A stretch of 64,000 bases of DNA from Eledone cirrhosa (lineage: Eukaryota): NCBI GenBank assembly GCA_964016885.1, contig OZ024744.1:9114001-9178000 (forward strand), written 5' to 3'. The notes below the pieces were generated by a model. That model was not told the DNA's origin. It was given only the letters and a program-made list of their open reading frames with translations, and did no database searches. Of the stretch, positions 26,101 to 44,100 are shown one piece after another. Made by a program: the position numbers and the translations under genes. Numbering within the stretch: position 1 is the stretch's first letter; the number at the start of each line of letters is the position of its first letter.

Positions 26101-29100
26101 CTACAACAACAACAACACCGGCACCAATGTCTACAACAACAACGGCACCAATGTCTACAACAACAACAACAGCGGCACCAATGTCTACAACAACAACAAC
26201 ACCGGCACCAATGTCTACAACAACAACAACAGCGGCACCAATGCCTACAACAACAACAACAGCGGCACCAATGTCTACAACAACAACAACAGCGGCACCA
26301 ATGTCTACAACAACAACAACAGCGGCACCAATGTCTACAACAACAACAGCGGCACCAATGTCTACAACAACAACAACAGCGGCACCAATATCTACAACAA
26401 CAACAACAGCGGCACCAATGTCTACAACAACAACAACACCAGCACCAATGTCTACAACAACAACAACAGCAGCACCAATGTCTACAACAACAACAACAGC
26501 GGCACCAATGTCTACAACAACAACAACACTGGCACCAATGTCTACAACAACAACAACAACAGCGGCACCAACGTCTACAACAACAACATCAGCGGCACCA
26601 ATGTCTACAACAACAACAACGGCGGCACCAATGTCTACATAAACAACAACAGCGGCAGTAATGTCTACAACAACAACAACAGCGGCACCAATGTCTACAA
26701 CAACAACAACAGTGGCACCAATGTCTACAACAACAACAACAGCGGCACCAATGTCTACAACAACAACAACAGCGGCGCCAATGTCTACAACAACAACAAC
26801 AACAGCGGCACCAATGTCTACAACAACAACAACAACAGCGGCACCAATATCTACAACAACAACAACACCGGCACCAATATCTACAACAACAACAACACCG
26901 GCACCAATGTCTACAACAACAACAACAACAGCGGCACCAATGTCTACAACAACAACAACAACAGCGGCACCAATGTCTACAACAACAACAACAGCGGCAC
27001 CAATGTCTACAACAACAACAACAGCGGCACCAATGTCTACAACAACAACAACACCGGCACCAATGTCTACAACAACAACAGTGGCACCAATGTCTACAAC
27101 AACAACAACAGCGGCACCAATGTCTACAACAACAACAACAGCGGCACCAATGTCTACAACAACAACAACACCGGCACCAATGTCTACAACAACAACAGTG
27201 GCACCAATGTCTACAACAACAGCAACAACAGCGGCACCAATGTCTACAACAACAACAACAGCGGCACCAATGTCTACAACAACAGCAACAGCGGCACCAA
27301 TGTCTACAACAACAACAACAGCGGCACCAATGTCTACAACAACAACAACAGCGGCACCAATGTCTACAACAACAACAACAGCGGCACCAATGTCTACAAC
27401 AACAACAACAGCGGCACCAATGTCTACAACAACAACAACAGCGGCACCAATGTCTACAACAACAACAACAGCGGCACCAATGTCTACAACAACAGCAACA
27501 GCGGCACCAATGTCTACAACAACAGCAACAGCGGCACCAATGTCTACAACAACAACAACAGCGGCACCAATATCTACAACACCAACAACAGCGGCACCAA
27601 TGTCTACAACAACAACAACAGCGGCACCAATGTCTACAACAACAACAACAGCGGCACCAATGTCTACAACAACAACAACAACACCGGCACCAATGTCTAC
27701 AACAACAACAACAGCGGCACCAATGTCTACAACAACAACAACAACACCGGCACCAAAGTCTACAACAACAACAACAGCGGCACCAATATCTACAACAACA
27801 ACAACAGCGGCACCAATGTCTACAACAACAACAACACCGGCACCAATGTCTACAACAACAACAACAGCGGCACCAATGTCTACAACAACAACAACAGCGG
27901 CACCAACGTCTACAACAACAACAACAGCGGCACCAGTGTCTACAAAAACAACAACAGCGGCACCAATGTCTACAACAATAACAACAGCGGCACCAATGTC
28001 TACAACAACAACAACACCGGCACCAATGTCTACAACAACAACAACAGCGGCACCAATGTCTACAACAACAACAACAACAGCAGCACCAATGTCTACAACG
28101 ACAACAACAACTCCGGCACCAATGTCTACAACAACAACAGCGGCACCAATGTCTACAACAACAACAACAGCGGCACCAATGTCTACAACAACAACAACAG
28201 CGGCACCAATGTCTACAACAACAACAACACCGGCACCAATGTCTACAACAACAACAACAACACCGGCACCAATGTCTACAACAACAACAACAGCGGCACC
28301 AATGTCTACAACAACAACAACACCGGCACCAATGTCTACAACAACAACAGTGGCACCAATGTCTACAACAACAACAACACCGGCACCAATGTCTACAACA
28401 ACAACAACACCGGCACCAATGTCTACAACAACAACAACAACAGCAGCACCAATGTCTACAACAACAACAACAACTCCGGCACCAATGTCTACAACAACAA
28501 CAGCGGCACCAATGTCTACAACAACAACAACGGCGGCACCAATGTCTACAACAACAACAACAGCGGCACCAATGTCTACAACAACAACAACAGCGGCACC
28601 AATGTCTACAACAACAACAACAGCGGCACCAATGTCTACAACAACAACAACAACACCGGCACCAATGTCTACAACAACAACAACAGCGGCACCAATGTCT
28701 ACAACAACAACAACAACACCGGCACCAATGTCTACAACAACAACAACAGCGGCACCAATGTCTACAACAACAGCAACAACAGCGGCACCAATGTCTACAA
28801 CAACAACAGCGGCACCAATGTCTACAACAACAACAACAACACCGGCACCAATGTCTACAACAACAACAACAGCGGCACCAATGTCTACAACAACAACAAC
28901 AGCGGCATCAATGTCTACAACAACAACAACAGCGGCACCAATGTCTACAACAACAGCAACAACAGCGGCACCAATGTCTACAACAACAACAGCGGCACCA
29001 ATGTCTACAACAACAACAATAACAGCGGCACCAATGTCTACAACAACAACAACAGCGGCACCAATGTCTACAACAACAGCAACAACAGCGGCACCAGTGT

Positions 29101-32100
29101 CTACAACAACAACAGCGGCACCAATGTCTACAACAACATCAACACCGGCACCAATGTCTACAACAACAACAACAGCGGCACCAATGTCTACAACAACAAC
29201 AACAGCGGCACCAATGTCTACAACAACAACAACAGCGGCACCAATGTCTACAACAACAACAACAACAGCGGCACCAATGTCTACAACAACAACAACAACA
29301 CCGGCACCAATTTCTACAACAACAACAACAGCGGCACCAATGTCTACAACAACAACAACAGCGGCACCAATGTCTACAACAACAACAACACCGGCACCAA
29401 TGTCTACAACAACAACAACAGCGGCACCAATGTCTACAACAACAACAACAGCGGCACCAATGTCTACAACAACAACAACAGCGGCACCAATGTCTACAAC
29501 AACAACAACAACAACGGCAACAATGTCTACAACAACAACAACAGCGGCACCAATGTCTACAACAACAACAACAACACCGGCACCAATGTCTACAACAACA
29601 ACAACAGCGGCACCAATGTCTACAACAACAGCAACAACAGCGGCACCAGTGTCTACAACAACAACAGCGGCACCAATGTCTACAACAACAACAACACCGG
29701 CACCAATGTCTACAACAACAACAACAACAGCGGCACCAATGTCTACAACAACAACAACAGCGGCACCAATGTCTACAACAACAACAACAGCGGCACCAAT
29801 GTCTACAACAACAACAACACCGGCACCAATGTCTACAACAACAACAACAACAGCGGCACCAATGTCTACAACAACAACAACAGCGGCACCAATGTCTACA
29901 ACAACAACAACACCGGCACCAATGTCTACAACAACAACAACAGCGGCACCAATGTCTACAACAACAACAACAGCGGCACCAATGTCTACAACAACAACAA
30001 CAGCGGCACCAATGTCTACAACAACAACACCGGCACCAATGTCTACAACAACAACAACAGCGGCACTAATGTCTACAACAACAACAACAACAGCGGTACC
30101 AATGTCTACAACAACAACAACAGCGGCACCAATGTCTACAACAACAACACGGGCACCAATGTCTACAACAACAACAACAGCGGCACCAATGTCTACAACA
30201 ACAACAACACCGGCACCAATGTCTACAACAACAACAACAGCGGCACCAATGTCTACAACAACAACAACACCGGCACCAATGTCTACAACAACAACAACAG
30301 CGGCACCAATGTCTACAACAACAACAACAACAGCGGCACCAATGTCTACAACAACAACAACACAGGCACCAATGTCTACAACAACAACAACACAGGCACC
30401 AATGTCTACAACAACAACAACAACAGCGGCACCAATGTCTACAACAACAACAACAGCGGCACCAATGTCTACAACAACAACAACAACAGCGGCACCAATG
30501 TCTACAACAACAACAACACCGGCACCAATGTCTACAACAACAACAACAGCGGCACCAATGTCTACAACAACAACAACAGCGGCACCAATGTCTACAACAA
30601 CAACAACAGCGGCACCAATGTCTACAACAACAACAACAGCGGCACCAATGTCTACAACAACAACAACAACAGCGGCACCAATGTCTACAACAACAACAAC
30701 ACAGGCACCAATGTCTACAACAACAACAACACAGGCACCAATGTCTACAACAACAACAACACCGGCACCAATGTCTACAACAACAACATCAGCGGCACCA
30801 ATGTCTACAACAACAACAACACCGGCACCAACGTCTACAACAACAACAACAGCGGCACCAATGTCTACAACAACAACAACACCGGCACCAATATCTACAA
30901 CAACAACAACAGCGGCACCAATGTCTACAACAACAACAACAGCGGCACCAATGTCTACAACAACAACACCGGCACCAATGTCTACAACAACAACAACAGC
31001 GGCACCAATGTCTACAACAACAACAACAGTGGCACCAATGTCTACAACAACAACAACAGCGGCACCAATGTCTACAACAACAACAACAGCGGCACGAATG
31101 TCTACAACAACAACAACAACTCCGGCACCAATATCTACAACAACAACAACAACAGCGGCACCAATGTCTACAACAACAACAACAGCGGCACCAATGTCTA
31201 CAACAACAACAACAACAACAACACCGGCACCAATGTCTACAACAACAACAACAACAACAACACCGGCACCAATGTCTACAACAACAACAACAGTGGCACC
31301 AATGTCTACAACAACAACAACAGCGGCACCAATGTCTACAACAACAACAACAGTGGCACCAATGTCTACAACAACAACAACAGCGGCACCAATGTCTACA
31401 ACAACAACAACAGCGGCACGAATGTCTACAACAACAACAACAACTCCGGCACCAATATCTACAACAACAACAACAACACCGGCACCAATGTCTACAACAA
31501 CAACAACAGCGGCACCAATGTCTACAACAACAACAACAGCGGCACCAATGTCTACAACAACAACAACAACAACACCGGCACCAATGTCTACAACAACAAC
31601 AACACCGGCACCAATGTCTACAACAACAACAACAGCGGCACCAATGTCTACAACAACAACAACAACAGCGGCACCAATGTCTACAACAACAACAACAGCG
31701 GCACCAATGTCTACAACAACAACAACAACAGCGGCACCAATGTCTACAACAACAACAACAACAGCGGCACCAATGTCTACAACAACAACAACAACACCGG
31801 CACCAATGTCTACAACAACAGCAACAACAGCGGCACCAATGTCTACAACAACAACAACAACACCGGCACCAATGTCTACAACAACAACAACAACACCGGC
31901 ACCAATGTCTACAACAACAGCAACAACAGCGGCACCAATGTCTACAACAACAACAACAACACCGGCACCAATGTCTACAACAACAGCAACAACAGCGGCA
32001 CCAATGTCTACAACAACAACAACAACACCGGCACCAATGTCTACAACAACAACAACAACAGCGGCACCAATGTCTACAACAACAACAACAACACCGGCAC

Positions 32101-35100
32101 CAATGTCTACAACAACAACAACAACACCGGCACCAATGTCTACAACAACAACAACAACAGCGGCACCAATGTCTACAACAACAACAACACCGGCACCAAT
32201 GTCTACAACAACAACAACAGCGGCACCAATGTCTACAACAACAACAACAGCGGCACCAATGTCTACAACAACAACAACAGCGGCACCAATGTCTACAACA
32301 ACAACAACAGCGGCACCAATGTCTACAACAACAACACCGGCACCAATGTCTACAACAACAACAACAGCGGCACTAATGTCTACAACAACAACAACAACAG
32401 CGGCACCAATGTCTACAACAACAACACGGGCACCAATGTCTACAACAACAACAACAGCGGCACCAATGTCTACAACAACAACAAAACCGGCACCAATGTC
32501 TACAACAACAACAACAGCGGCACCAATGTCTACAACAACAACAACACCGGCACCAATGTCTACAACAACAACAACAGCGGCACCAATGTCTACAACAACA
32601 ACAACAGCGGCACCAATGTCTACAACAACAACAACACAGGCACCAATGTCTACAACAACAACAACACAGGCACCAATGTCTACAACAACAACAACAACAG
32701 CGGCACCAATGTCTACAACAACAACAACAGCGGCACCAATGTCTACAACAACAACAACAACAGCGGCACCAATGTCTACAACAACAACAACACCGGCACC
32801 AATGTCTACAACAACAACGGCACCAATGTCTACAACAACAACAACAGCGGCACCAATGTCTACAACAACAACAACACCGGCACCAATGTCTACAACAACA
32901 ACAACAGCGGCACCAATGCCTACAACAACAACAACAGCGGCACCAATGTCTACAACAACAACAACAGCGGCACCAATGTCTACAACAACAACAACAGCGG
33001 CACCAATGTCTACAACAACAACAGCGGCACCAATGTCTACAACAACAACAACAGCGGCACCAATATCTACAACAACAACAACAGCGGCACCAATGTCTAC
33101 AACAACAACAACACCAGCACCAATGTCTACAACAACAACAACAGCAGCACCAATGTCTACAACAACAACAACAGCGGCACCAATGTCTACAACAACAGCA
33201 ACAACAGCGGCACCAATGTCTACAACAACAACAGCGGCAAAAATGTCTACAACAACAACAACACCGGCACCAATGTCTACAACAACAACAACAGCGGCAC
33301 CAATGTCTACAACAACAGCAACAACAGCGGCACCAATGTCTACAACAACAACAACAGCGGCACCAATGTCTACAACAACAACAACACCGGCACCAATGTC
33401 TACAACAACAATATCACCGGCACCAATGTCTACAACAACAACAACAGCGGCACGAATGTCTACAACAACAACAACAGCGGCACCAATGTCTACAACAACA
33501 ACAACAGCGGCACCAATGTCTACAACAACAACAACAGCGGCACCAATGTCTACAACAACAACAACAGCGGCACCAATGTCTACAACAACAACAACACCAG
33601 CACCAATGTCTACAACAACAACAACAGCAGCACCAATGTCTACAACAACAACAACAGCGGCACCAATGTCTACAACAACAGCAACAACAGCGGCACCAAT
33701 GTCTACAACAACAACAGCGGCAAAAATGTCTACAACAACAACAACACCGGCACCAATGTCTACAACAACAACAACAGCGGCACCAATGTCTACAACAACA
33801 ACAACAACACCGGCATCAATGTCTACAACAACAACAACACCGGCACCAACGTCTACAACAACAACAACAGGGGCACCAATGTCTACAACAACAATAACAC
33901 CGGCACCAATGTCTACAACAACAACAACAGCGGCACCAATGTCTACAACAACAACAACAGGGGCACCAATGTCTACAACAACAACAACAGCGGCACCAGT
34001 GTCTACAACAACAACAGCGGCACCAATGTCTACAACAACAACAACACCGGCACCAATGTCTACAACAACAACAACAGCGGCACCAATGTCTACAACAACA
34101 ACAACACCGGCACCAATATCTACAACAACAACAACAGCGGCACCAGTGTCTACAACAACAACAACAGGGGCACCAACGTCTACAACAACAACAACAGGGG
34201 CACCAATGTCTACAACAACAACAACAGCGGCACCAATGTCTACAACAACAACAACAGCGGCACCAATGTCTACAACAACAACAACAGCGGCACCAATGTC
34301 TACAACAACAACAACAGCGGCACCAATGTCTACAACAACAACAACAACAGCGGCACCAATGTCTACAACAACAACAACAGCGGCACCAATGTCTACAACA
34401 ACAACAACAACAGCGGCACCAATGTCTACAACAACAACAACAGCGGCACCAATGTCTACAACAACAACAACAACAGCGGCACCAATGTCTACAACAACAA
34501 CAACAGCGGCACCAATGTCTACAACAACAACAACAACAGCGGCACCAATGTCTACAACAACAACAACAACACCGGCACCAATATCTACAACAACAACAAC
34601 ACCGGCACCAATGTCTACAACAACAACAACAGCGGCACCAATGTCTACAACAACAACAACAACACCGGCACCAATATCTACAACAACAACAACAACAGCG
34701 GCACCAATGTCTACAACAACAACAACAACAACAACAGCGGCACCAATGTCTACAACAACAACAACACCGGCACCAATGTCTACAACAACAACGGCACCAA
34801 TGTCTACAACAACAACAACAGCGGCACCAATGTCTACAACAACAACAACACCGGCACCAATGTCTACAACAACAACAACAGCGGCACCAATGCCTACAAC
34901 AACAACAACAGCGGCACCAATGTCTACAACAACAACAACAGCGGCACCAATGTCTACAACAACAACAACAGCGGCACCAATGTCTACAACAACAACAGCG
35001 GCACCAATGTCTACAACAACAACAACAGCGGCACCAATATCTACAACAACAACAACAGCGGCACCAATGTCTACAACAACAACAACACCAGCACCAATGT

Positions 35101-38100
35101 CTACAACAACAACAACAGCAGCACCAATGTCTACAACAACAACAACAGCGGCACCAATGTCTACAACAACAACAACACCGGCACCAATGTCTACAACAAC
35201 AACAACAACAGCGGCACCAACGTCTACAACAACAACATCAGCGGCACCAATGTCTACAACAACAACAACAGCGGCACCAATGTCTACATAAACAACAACA
35301 GCGGCACCAATGTCTACAACAACAACAACAGCGGCACCAATGTCTACAACAACAACAACAGTGGCACCAATGTCTACAACAACAACAACAGCGGCACCAA
35401 TGTCTACAACAACAACAACAGCGGCGCCAATGTCTACAACAACAACAACAACAGCGGCACCAATGTCTACAACAACAACAACAACAGCGGCACCAATATC
35501 TACAACAACAACAACACCGGCACCAATATCTACAACAACAACAACACCGGCACCAATGTCTACAACAACAACAACAACAGCGGCACCAATGTCTACAACA
35601 ACAACAACAACAGCGGCACCAATGTCTACAACAACAACAACAGCGGCACCAATGTCTACAACAACAACAACAGCGGCACCAATGTCTACAACAACAACAA
35701 CACCGGCACCAATGTCTACAACAACAACAACACCGGCACCAATGTCTACAACAACAACAACAACAGCAGCACCAATGTCTACAACAACAACTCCGGCACC
35801 AATGTCTACAACAACAACAGCGGCACCAATGTCTACAACAACAACAACAGCGGCACCAATGTCTACAACAACAACAACAGCGGCACCAATGTCTACCACA
35901 ACAACAACAGCGGCACCAATGTCTACAACAACAACAACAGCGGCACCAATGTCTACAACAACAACAACAACACCGGCACCAATGTCTACAACAACAACAA
36001 CAGCGGCACCAATGTCTACAACAACAACAACAACACCGGCACCAATGTCTACAACAACAACAACAGCGGCACCAATGTCTACAACAACAGCAACAACAGC
36101 GGCACCAATGTCTACAACAACAACAGCGGCACCAATGTCTACAACAACAACAACAACACCGGCACCAATGTCTACAACAACAACAACAGCGGCACCAATG
36201 TCTACAACAACAACAACAGCGGCACCAATGTCTACAACAACAACAACAGCGGCACCAATGTCTACAACAACAACAACAACAGCGGCACCAATGTCTACAA
36301 CAACAACAGCGGCACCAATGTCTACAACAACAACAATAACAGCGGCACCAATGTCTACAACAACAACAACAGCGGCACCAATGTCTACAACAACAGCAAC
36401 AACAGCGGCACCAGTGTCTACAACAACAACAGCGGCACCAATGTCTACAACAACATCAACACCGGCACCAATGTCTACAACAACAACAACAGCGGCACCA
36501 ATGTCTACAACAACAACAACAGCGGCACCAATGTCTACAACAACAACAACAGCGGCACCAATGTCTACAACAACAACAACAACAGCGGCACCAATGTCTA
36601 CAACAACAACAACAACACCGGCACCAATGTCTACAACAACAACAACAGCGGCACCAATGTCTACAACAACAACAACAGCGGCACCAATGTCTACAACAAC
36701 AACAACACCGGCACCAATGTCTACAACAACAACAACAGCGGCACCAATGTCTACAACAACAACAACAGCGGCACCAATGTCTACAACAACAACAACAACA
36801 GCGGCACCAATGTCTACAACAACAACAACAACAACGGCACCAATGTCTACAACAACAACAACAGCGGCACCAATGTCTACAACAACAACAACAACACCGG
36901 CACCAATGTCTACAACAACAACAACAGCGGCACCAATGTCTACAACAACAGCAACAACAGCGGCACCAGTGTCTACAACAACAACAGCGGCACCAATGTC
37001 TACAACAACAACAACACCGGCACCAATGTCTACAACAACAACAACAACAGCGGCACCAATGTCTACAACAACAACAACAGCGGCACCAATGTCTACAACA
37101 ACAACAACAGCGGCACCAATGTCTACAACAACAACAACAGCGGCACCAATGTCTACAACAACAACAACACCGGCACCAATGTCTACAACAACAACAACAA
37201 CAGCGGCACCAATGTCTACAACAACAACAACAGCGGCACCAATGTCTACAACAACAACAACACCGGCACCAATGTCTACAACAACAACAACAGCGGCACC
37301 AATGTCTACAACAACAACAACAGCGGCACCAATGTCTACAACAACAACAACAGCGGCACCAATGTCTACAACAACAACACCGGCACCAATGTCTACAACA
37401 ACAACAACAGCGGCACTAATGTCTACAACAACAACAACAACAGCGGCACCAATGTCTACAACAACAACACGGGCACCAATGTCTACAACAACAACAACAG
37501 CGGCACCAATGTCTACAACAACAACAAAACCGGCACCAATGTCTACAACAACAACAACAGCGGCACCAATGTCTACAACAACAACAACACCGGCACCAAT
37601 GTCTACAACAACAACAACAGCGGCACCAATGTCTACAACAACAACAACAGCGGCACCAATGTCTACAACAACAACAACACAGGCACCAATGTCTACAACA
37701 ACAACAACACAGGCACCAATGTCTACAACAACAACAACAACAGCGGCACCAATGTCTACAACAACAACAACAGCGGCACCAATGTCTACAACAACAACAA
37801 CAACAGCGGCACCAATGTCTACAACAACAACAACACCGGCACCAATGTCTACAACAACAACGGCACCAATGTCTACAACAACAACAACAGCGGCACCAAT
37901 GTCTACAACAACAACAACACCGGCACCAATGTCTACAACAACAACAACAGCGGCACCAATGCCTACAACAACAACAACAGCGGCACCAATGTCTACAACA
38001 ACAACAACAGCGGCACCAATGTCTACAACAACAACAACAGCGGCACCAATGTCTACAACAACAACAGCGGCACCAATGTCTACAACAACAACAACAGCGG

Positions 38101-41100
38101 CACCAATATCTACAACAACAACAACAGCGGCACCAATGTCTACAACAACAACAACACCAGCACCAATGTCTACAACAACAACAACAGCAGCACCAATGTC
38201 TACAACAACAACAACAGCGGCACCAATGTCTACAACAACAGCAACAACAGCGGCACCAATGTCTACAACAACAACAGCGGCAAAAATGTCTACAACAACA
38301 ACAACACCGGCACCAATGTCTACAACAACAACAACAGCGGCACCAATGTCTACAACAACAACAACAACACCGGCATCAATGTCTACAACAACAACAACAC
38401 CGGCACCAACGTCTACAACAACAACAACAGGGGCACCAATGTCTACAACAACAATAACACCGGCACCAATGTCTACAACAACAACAACAGCGGCACCAAT
38501 GTCTACAACAACAACAACAGGGGCACCAATGTCTACAACAACAACAACAGCGGCACCAGTGTCTACAACAACAACAGCGGCACCAATGTCTACAACAACA
38601 ACAACACCGGCACCAATGTCTACAACAACAACAACACCAGCACCAATGTCTACAACAACAACAACAGCAGCACCAATGTCTACAACAACAACAACAACAC
38701 CGGCACCAATATCTACAACAACAACAACAACAGCGGCACCAATGTCTACAACAACAACAACAACAACAACAGCGGCACCAATGTCTACAACAACAACAAC
38801 ACCGGCACCAATGTCTACAACAACAACGGCACCAATGTCTACAACAACAACAACAGCGGCACCAATGTCTACAACAACAACAACACCGGCACCAATGTCT
38901 ACAACAACAACAACAGCGGCACCAATGCCTACAACAACAACAACAACAGCGGCACCAATGTCTACAACAACAACAACAGCGGCACCAATGTCTACAACAA
39001 CAACAACAGCGGCACCAATGTCTACAACAACAACAGCGGCACCAATGTCTACAACAACAACAACAGCGGCACCAATATCTACAACAACAACAACAGCGGC
39101 ACCAATGTCTACAACAACAACAACACCAGCACCAATGTCTACAACAACAACAACAGCAGCACCAATGTCTACAACAACAACAACAGCGGCACCAATGTCT
39201 ACAACAACAACAACACCGGCACCAATGTCTACAACAACAACAACAACAGCGGCACCAACGTCTACAACAACAACATCAGCGGCACCAATGTCTACAACAA
39301 CAACAACAGCGGCACCAATGTCTACATAAACAACAACAGCGGCACCAATGTCTACAACAACAACAACAGCGGCACCAATGTCTACAACAACAACAACAGT
39401 GGCACCAATGTCTACAACAACAACAACAGCGGCACCAATGTCTACAACAACAACAACAGCGGCGCCAATGTCTACAACAACAACAACAACAGCGGCACCA
39501 ATGTCTACAACAACAACAACAACAGCGGCACCAATATCTACAACAACAACAACACCGGCACCAATATCTACAACAACAACAACACCGGCACCAATGTCTA
39601 CAACAACAACAACAACAGCGGCACCAATGTCTACAACAACAACAACAACAGCGGCACCAATGTCTACAACAACAACAACAGCGGCACCAATGTCTACAAC
39701 AACAACAACAGCGGCACCAATGTCTACAACAACAACAACACCGGCACCAATGTCTACAACAACAACAGTGGCACCAATGTCTACAACAACAACAACAGCG
39801 GCACCAATGTCTACAACAACAACAACAGCGGCACCAATGTCTACAACAACAACAACACCGGCACCAATGTCTACAACAACAACAGTGGCACCAATGTCTA
39901 CAACAACAGCAACAACAGCGGCACCAATGTCTACAACAACAACAACAGCGGCACCAATGTCTACAACAACAGCAACAGCGGCACCAATGTCTACAACAAC
40001 AACAACAGCGGCACCAATGTCTACAACAACAACAACAGCGGCACCAATGTCTACAACAACAACAACAGCGGCACCAATGTCTACAACAACAACAACAGCG
40101 GCACCAATGTCTACAACAACAACAACAGCGGCACCAATGTCTACAACAACAACAACAGCGGCACCAATGTCTACAACAACAGCAACAGCGGCACCAATGT
40201 CTACAACAACAGCAACAGCGGCACCAATGTCTACAACAACAACAACAGCGGCACCAATATCTACAACACCAACAACAGCGGCACCAATGTCTACAACAAC
40301 AACAACAGCGGCACCAATGTCTACAACAACAACAACAGCGGCACCAATGTCTACAACAACAACAACAACACCGGCACCAATGTCTACAACAACAACAACA
40401 GCGGCACCAATGTCTACAACAACAACAACAACACCGGCACCAAAGTTTACAACAACAACAACAGCGGCACCAATATCTACAACAACAACAACAGCGGCAC
40501 CAATGTCTACAACAACAACAACACCGGCACCAATGTCTACAACAACAACAACAGCGGCACCAATGTCTACAACAACAACAACAGCGGCACCAACGTCTAC
40601 AACAACAACAACAGCGGCACCAGTGTCTACAAAAACAACAACAGCGGCACCAATGTCTACAACAACAACAACAGCGGCACCAATGTCTACAACAACAACA
40701 ACAACAGCAGCACCAATGTCTACAACAACAACAACAGCGGCACCAATGTCTACAACAACAACAACAACAGCAGCACCAATGTCTACAACAACAACAACAA
40801 CTCCGGCACCAATGTCTACAACAACAACAGCGGCACCAATGTCTACAACAACAACAACAGCGGCACCAATGTCTACAACAACAACAACAGCGGCACCAAT
40901 GTCTACAACAACAACAACACCGGCACCAATGTCTACAACAACAACAACAACACCGGCACCAATGTCTACAACAACAACAACAGCGGCACCAATGTCTACA
41001 ACAACAACAACACCGGCACCAATGTCTACAACAACAACAGTGGCACCAATGTCTACAACAACAACAACACCGGCACCAATGTCTACAACAACAACAACAC

Positions 41101-44100
41101 CGGCACCAATGTCTACAACAACAACAACAACAGCAGCACCAATGTCTACAACAACAACAACAACTCCGGCACCAATGTCTACAACAACAACAGCGGCACC
41201 AATGTCTACAACAACAACAACGGCGGCACCAATGTCTACAACAACAACAACAGCGTTACCAATGTCTACAACAACAACAACAGCGGCACCAATGTCTACA
41301 ACAACAACAACAGCGGCACCAATGTCTACAACAACAACAACAACACCGGCACCAATGTCTACAACAACAACAACAGCGGCACCAATGTCTACAACAACAA
41401 CAACAACACCGGCACCAATGTCTACAACAACAACAACAGCGGCACCAATGTCTACAACAACAGCAACAACAGCGGCACCAATGTCTACAACAACAACAGC
41501 GGCACCAATGTCTACAACAACAACAACAACACCGGCACCAATGTCTACAACAACAACAACAGCGGCACCAATGTCTACAACAACAACAACAGCGGCATCA
41601 ATGTCTACAACAACAACAACAGCGGCACCAATGTCTACAACAACAGCAACAACAGCGGCACCAATGTCTACAACAACAACAATAACAGCGGCACCAATGT
41701 CTACAACAACAACAACAGCGGCACCAATGTCTACAACAACAGCAACAACAACGGCACCAGTGTCTACAACAACAACAGCGGCACCAATGTCTACAACAAC
41801 ATCAACACCGGCACCAATGTCTACAACAACAACAACAGCGGCACCAATGTCTACAACAACAACAACAGCGGCACCAATGTCTACAACAACAACAACAGCG
41901 GCACCAATGTCTACAACAACAACAACAACAGCGGCACCAATGTCTACAACAACAACAACAACACCGGCACCAATTTCTACAACAACAACAACAGCGGCAC
42001 CAATGTCTACAACAACAACAACAGCGGCACCAATGTCTACAACAACAACAACACCGGCACCAATGTCTACAACAACAACAACAGCGGCACCAATGTCTAC
42101 AACAACAACAACAGCGGCACCAATGTCTACAACAACAACAACAACAGCGGCACCAATGTCTACAACAACAACAACAACAACGGCACCAATGTCTACAACA
42201 ACAACAACAGCGGCACCAATGTCTACAACAACAACAACAACACCGGCACCAATGTCTACAACAACAACAACAGCGGCACCAATGTCTACAACAACAGCAA
42301 CAACAGCGGCACCAGTGTCTACAACAACAACAGCGGCACCAATGTCTACAACAACAACAACACCGGCACCAATGTCTACAACAACAACAACAACAGCGGC
42401 ACCAATGTCTACAACAACAACAACAGCGGCACCAATGTCTACAACAACAACAACAGCGGCACCAATGTCTACAACAACAACAACAGCGGCACCAATGTCT
42501 ACAACAACAACAACAGCGGCACCAATGTCTACAACAACAACAACACCGGCACCAATGTCTACAACAACAACAACAACAGCGGCACCAATGTCTACAACAA
42601 CAACAACAGCGGCACCAATGTCTACAACAACAACAACACCGGCACCAATGTCTACAACAACAACAACAGCGGCACCAATGTCTACAACAACAACAACAGC
42701 GGCACCAATGTCTACAACAACAACAACAGCGGCACCAATGTCTACAACAACAACACCGGCACCAATGTCTACAACAACAACAACAGCGGCACTAATGTCT
42801 ACAACAACAACAACAACAGCGGTACCAATGTCTACAACAACAACAACAGCGGCACCAATGTCTACAACAACAACACGGGCACCAATGTCTACAACAACAA
42901 CAACAGCGGCACCAATGTCTACAACAACAACAACACCGGCACCAATGTCTACAACAACAACAACAGCGGCACCAATGTCTACAACAACAACAACACCGGC
43001 ACCAATGTCTACAACAACAACAACAGCGGCACCAATGTCTACAACAACAACAACAGCGGCACCAATGTCTACAACAACAACAACACAGGCACCAATGTCT
43101 ACAACAACAACAACACAGGCACCAATGTCTACAACAACAACAACAGCGGCACCAATGTCTACAACAACAACAACAGCGGCACCAATGTCTACAACAACAA
43201 CAACAACAGCGGCACCAATGTCTACAACAACAACAACACCGGCACCAATGTCTACAACAACAACAACAGCGGCACCAATGTCTACAACAACAACAACAGC
43301 GGCACCAATGTCTACAACAACAACAACAGCGGCACCAATGTCTACAACAACAACAACAGCGGCACCAATGTCTACAACAACAACAACAACAGCGGCACCA
43401 ATGTCTACAACAACAACAACACAGGCACCAATGTCTACAACAACAACAACACAGGCACCAATGTCTACAACAACAACAACACCGGCACCAATGTCTACAA
43501 CAACAACATCAGCGGCACCAATGTCTACAACAACAACAACACCGGCACCAACGTCTACAACAACAACAACAGCGGCACCAATGTCTACAACAACAACAAC
43601 ACCGGCACCAATATCTACAACAACAACAACAGCGGCACCAATGTCTACAACAACAACAACAGCGGCACCAATGTCTACAACAACAACACCGGCACCAATG
43701 TCTACAACAACAACAACAGCGGCACCAATGTCTACAACAACAACAACAGTGGCACCAATGTCTACAACAACAACAACAGCGGCACCAATGTCTACAACAA
43801 CAACAGCGGCACGAATGTCTACAACAACAACAACAACTCCGGCACCAATATCTACAACAACAACAACAACAGCGGCACCAATGTCTACAACAACAACAAC
43901 AGCGGCACCAATGTCTACAACAACAACAACAACAACAACACCGGCACCAATGTCTACAACAACAACAACAACAACAACACCGGCACCAATGTCTACAACA
44001 ACAACAACAGTGGCACCAATGTCTACAACAACAACAACAGCGGCACCAATGTCTACAACAACAACAACAGTGGCACCAATGTCTACAACAACAACAACAG

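Noticed and set aside
14108-35899. 7263-aa Val-rich and 229-aa Cys-rich antisense ORFs
   Set aside because: These are reverse-complement readings of a stop-free repeat. Their starts come from chance single-base variants (e.g. at 35899).
13908-39329. Giant Thr-rich 'mucin' ORFs (also 21-4718)
   Set aside because: There is no signal peptide, Cys-rich/vWD/SEA domain or transmembrane segment. Codons are near-invariant, the frame is broken by the same duplicated TAA variant, and it ends inside LINE ORF1. Best explained as an alternative frame of the satellite, though a spliced mucin exon cannot be formally excluded without RNA data.
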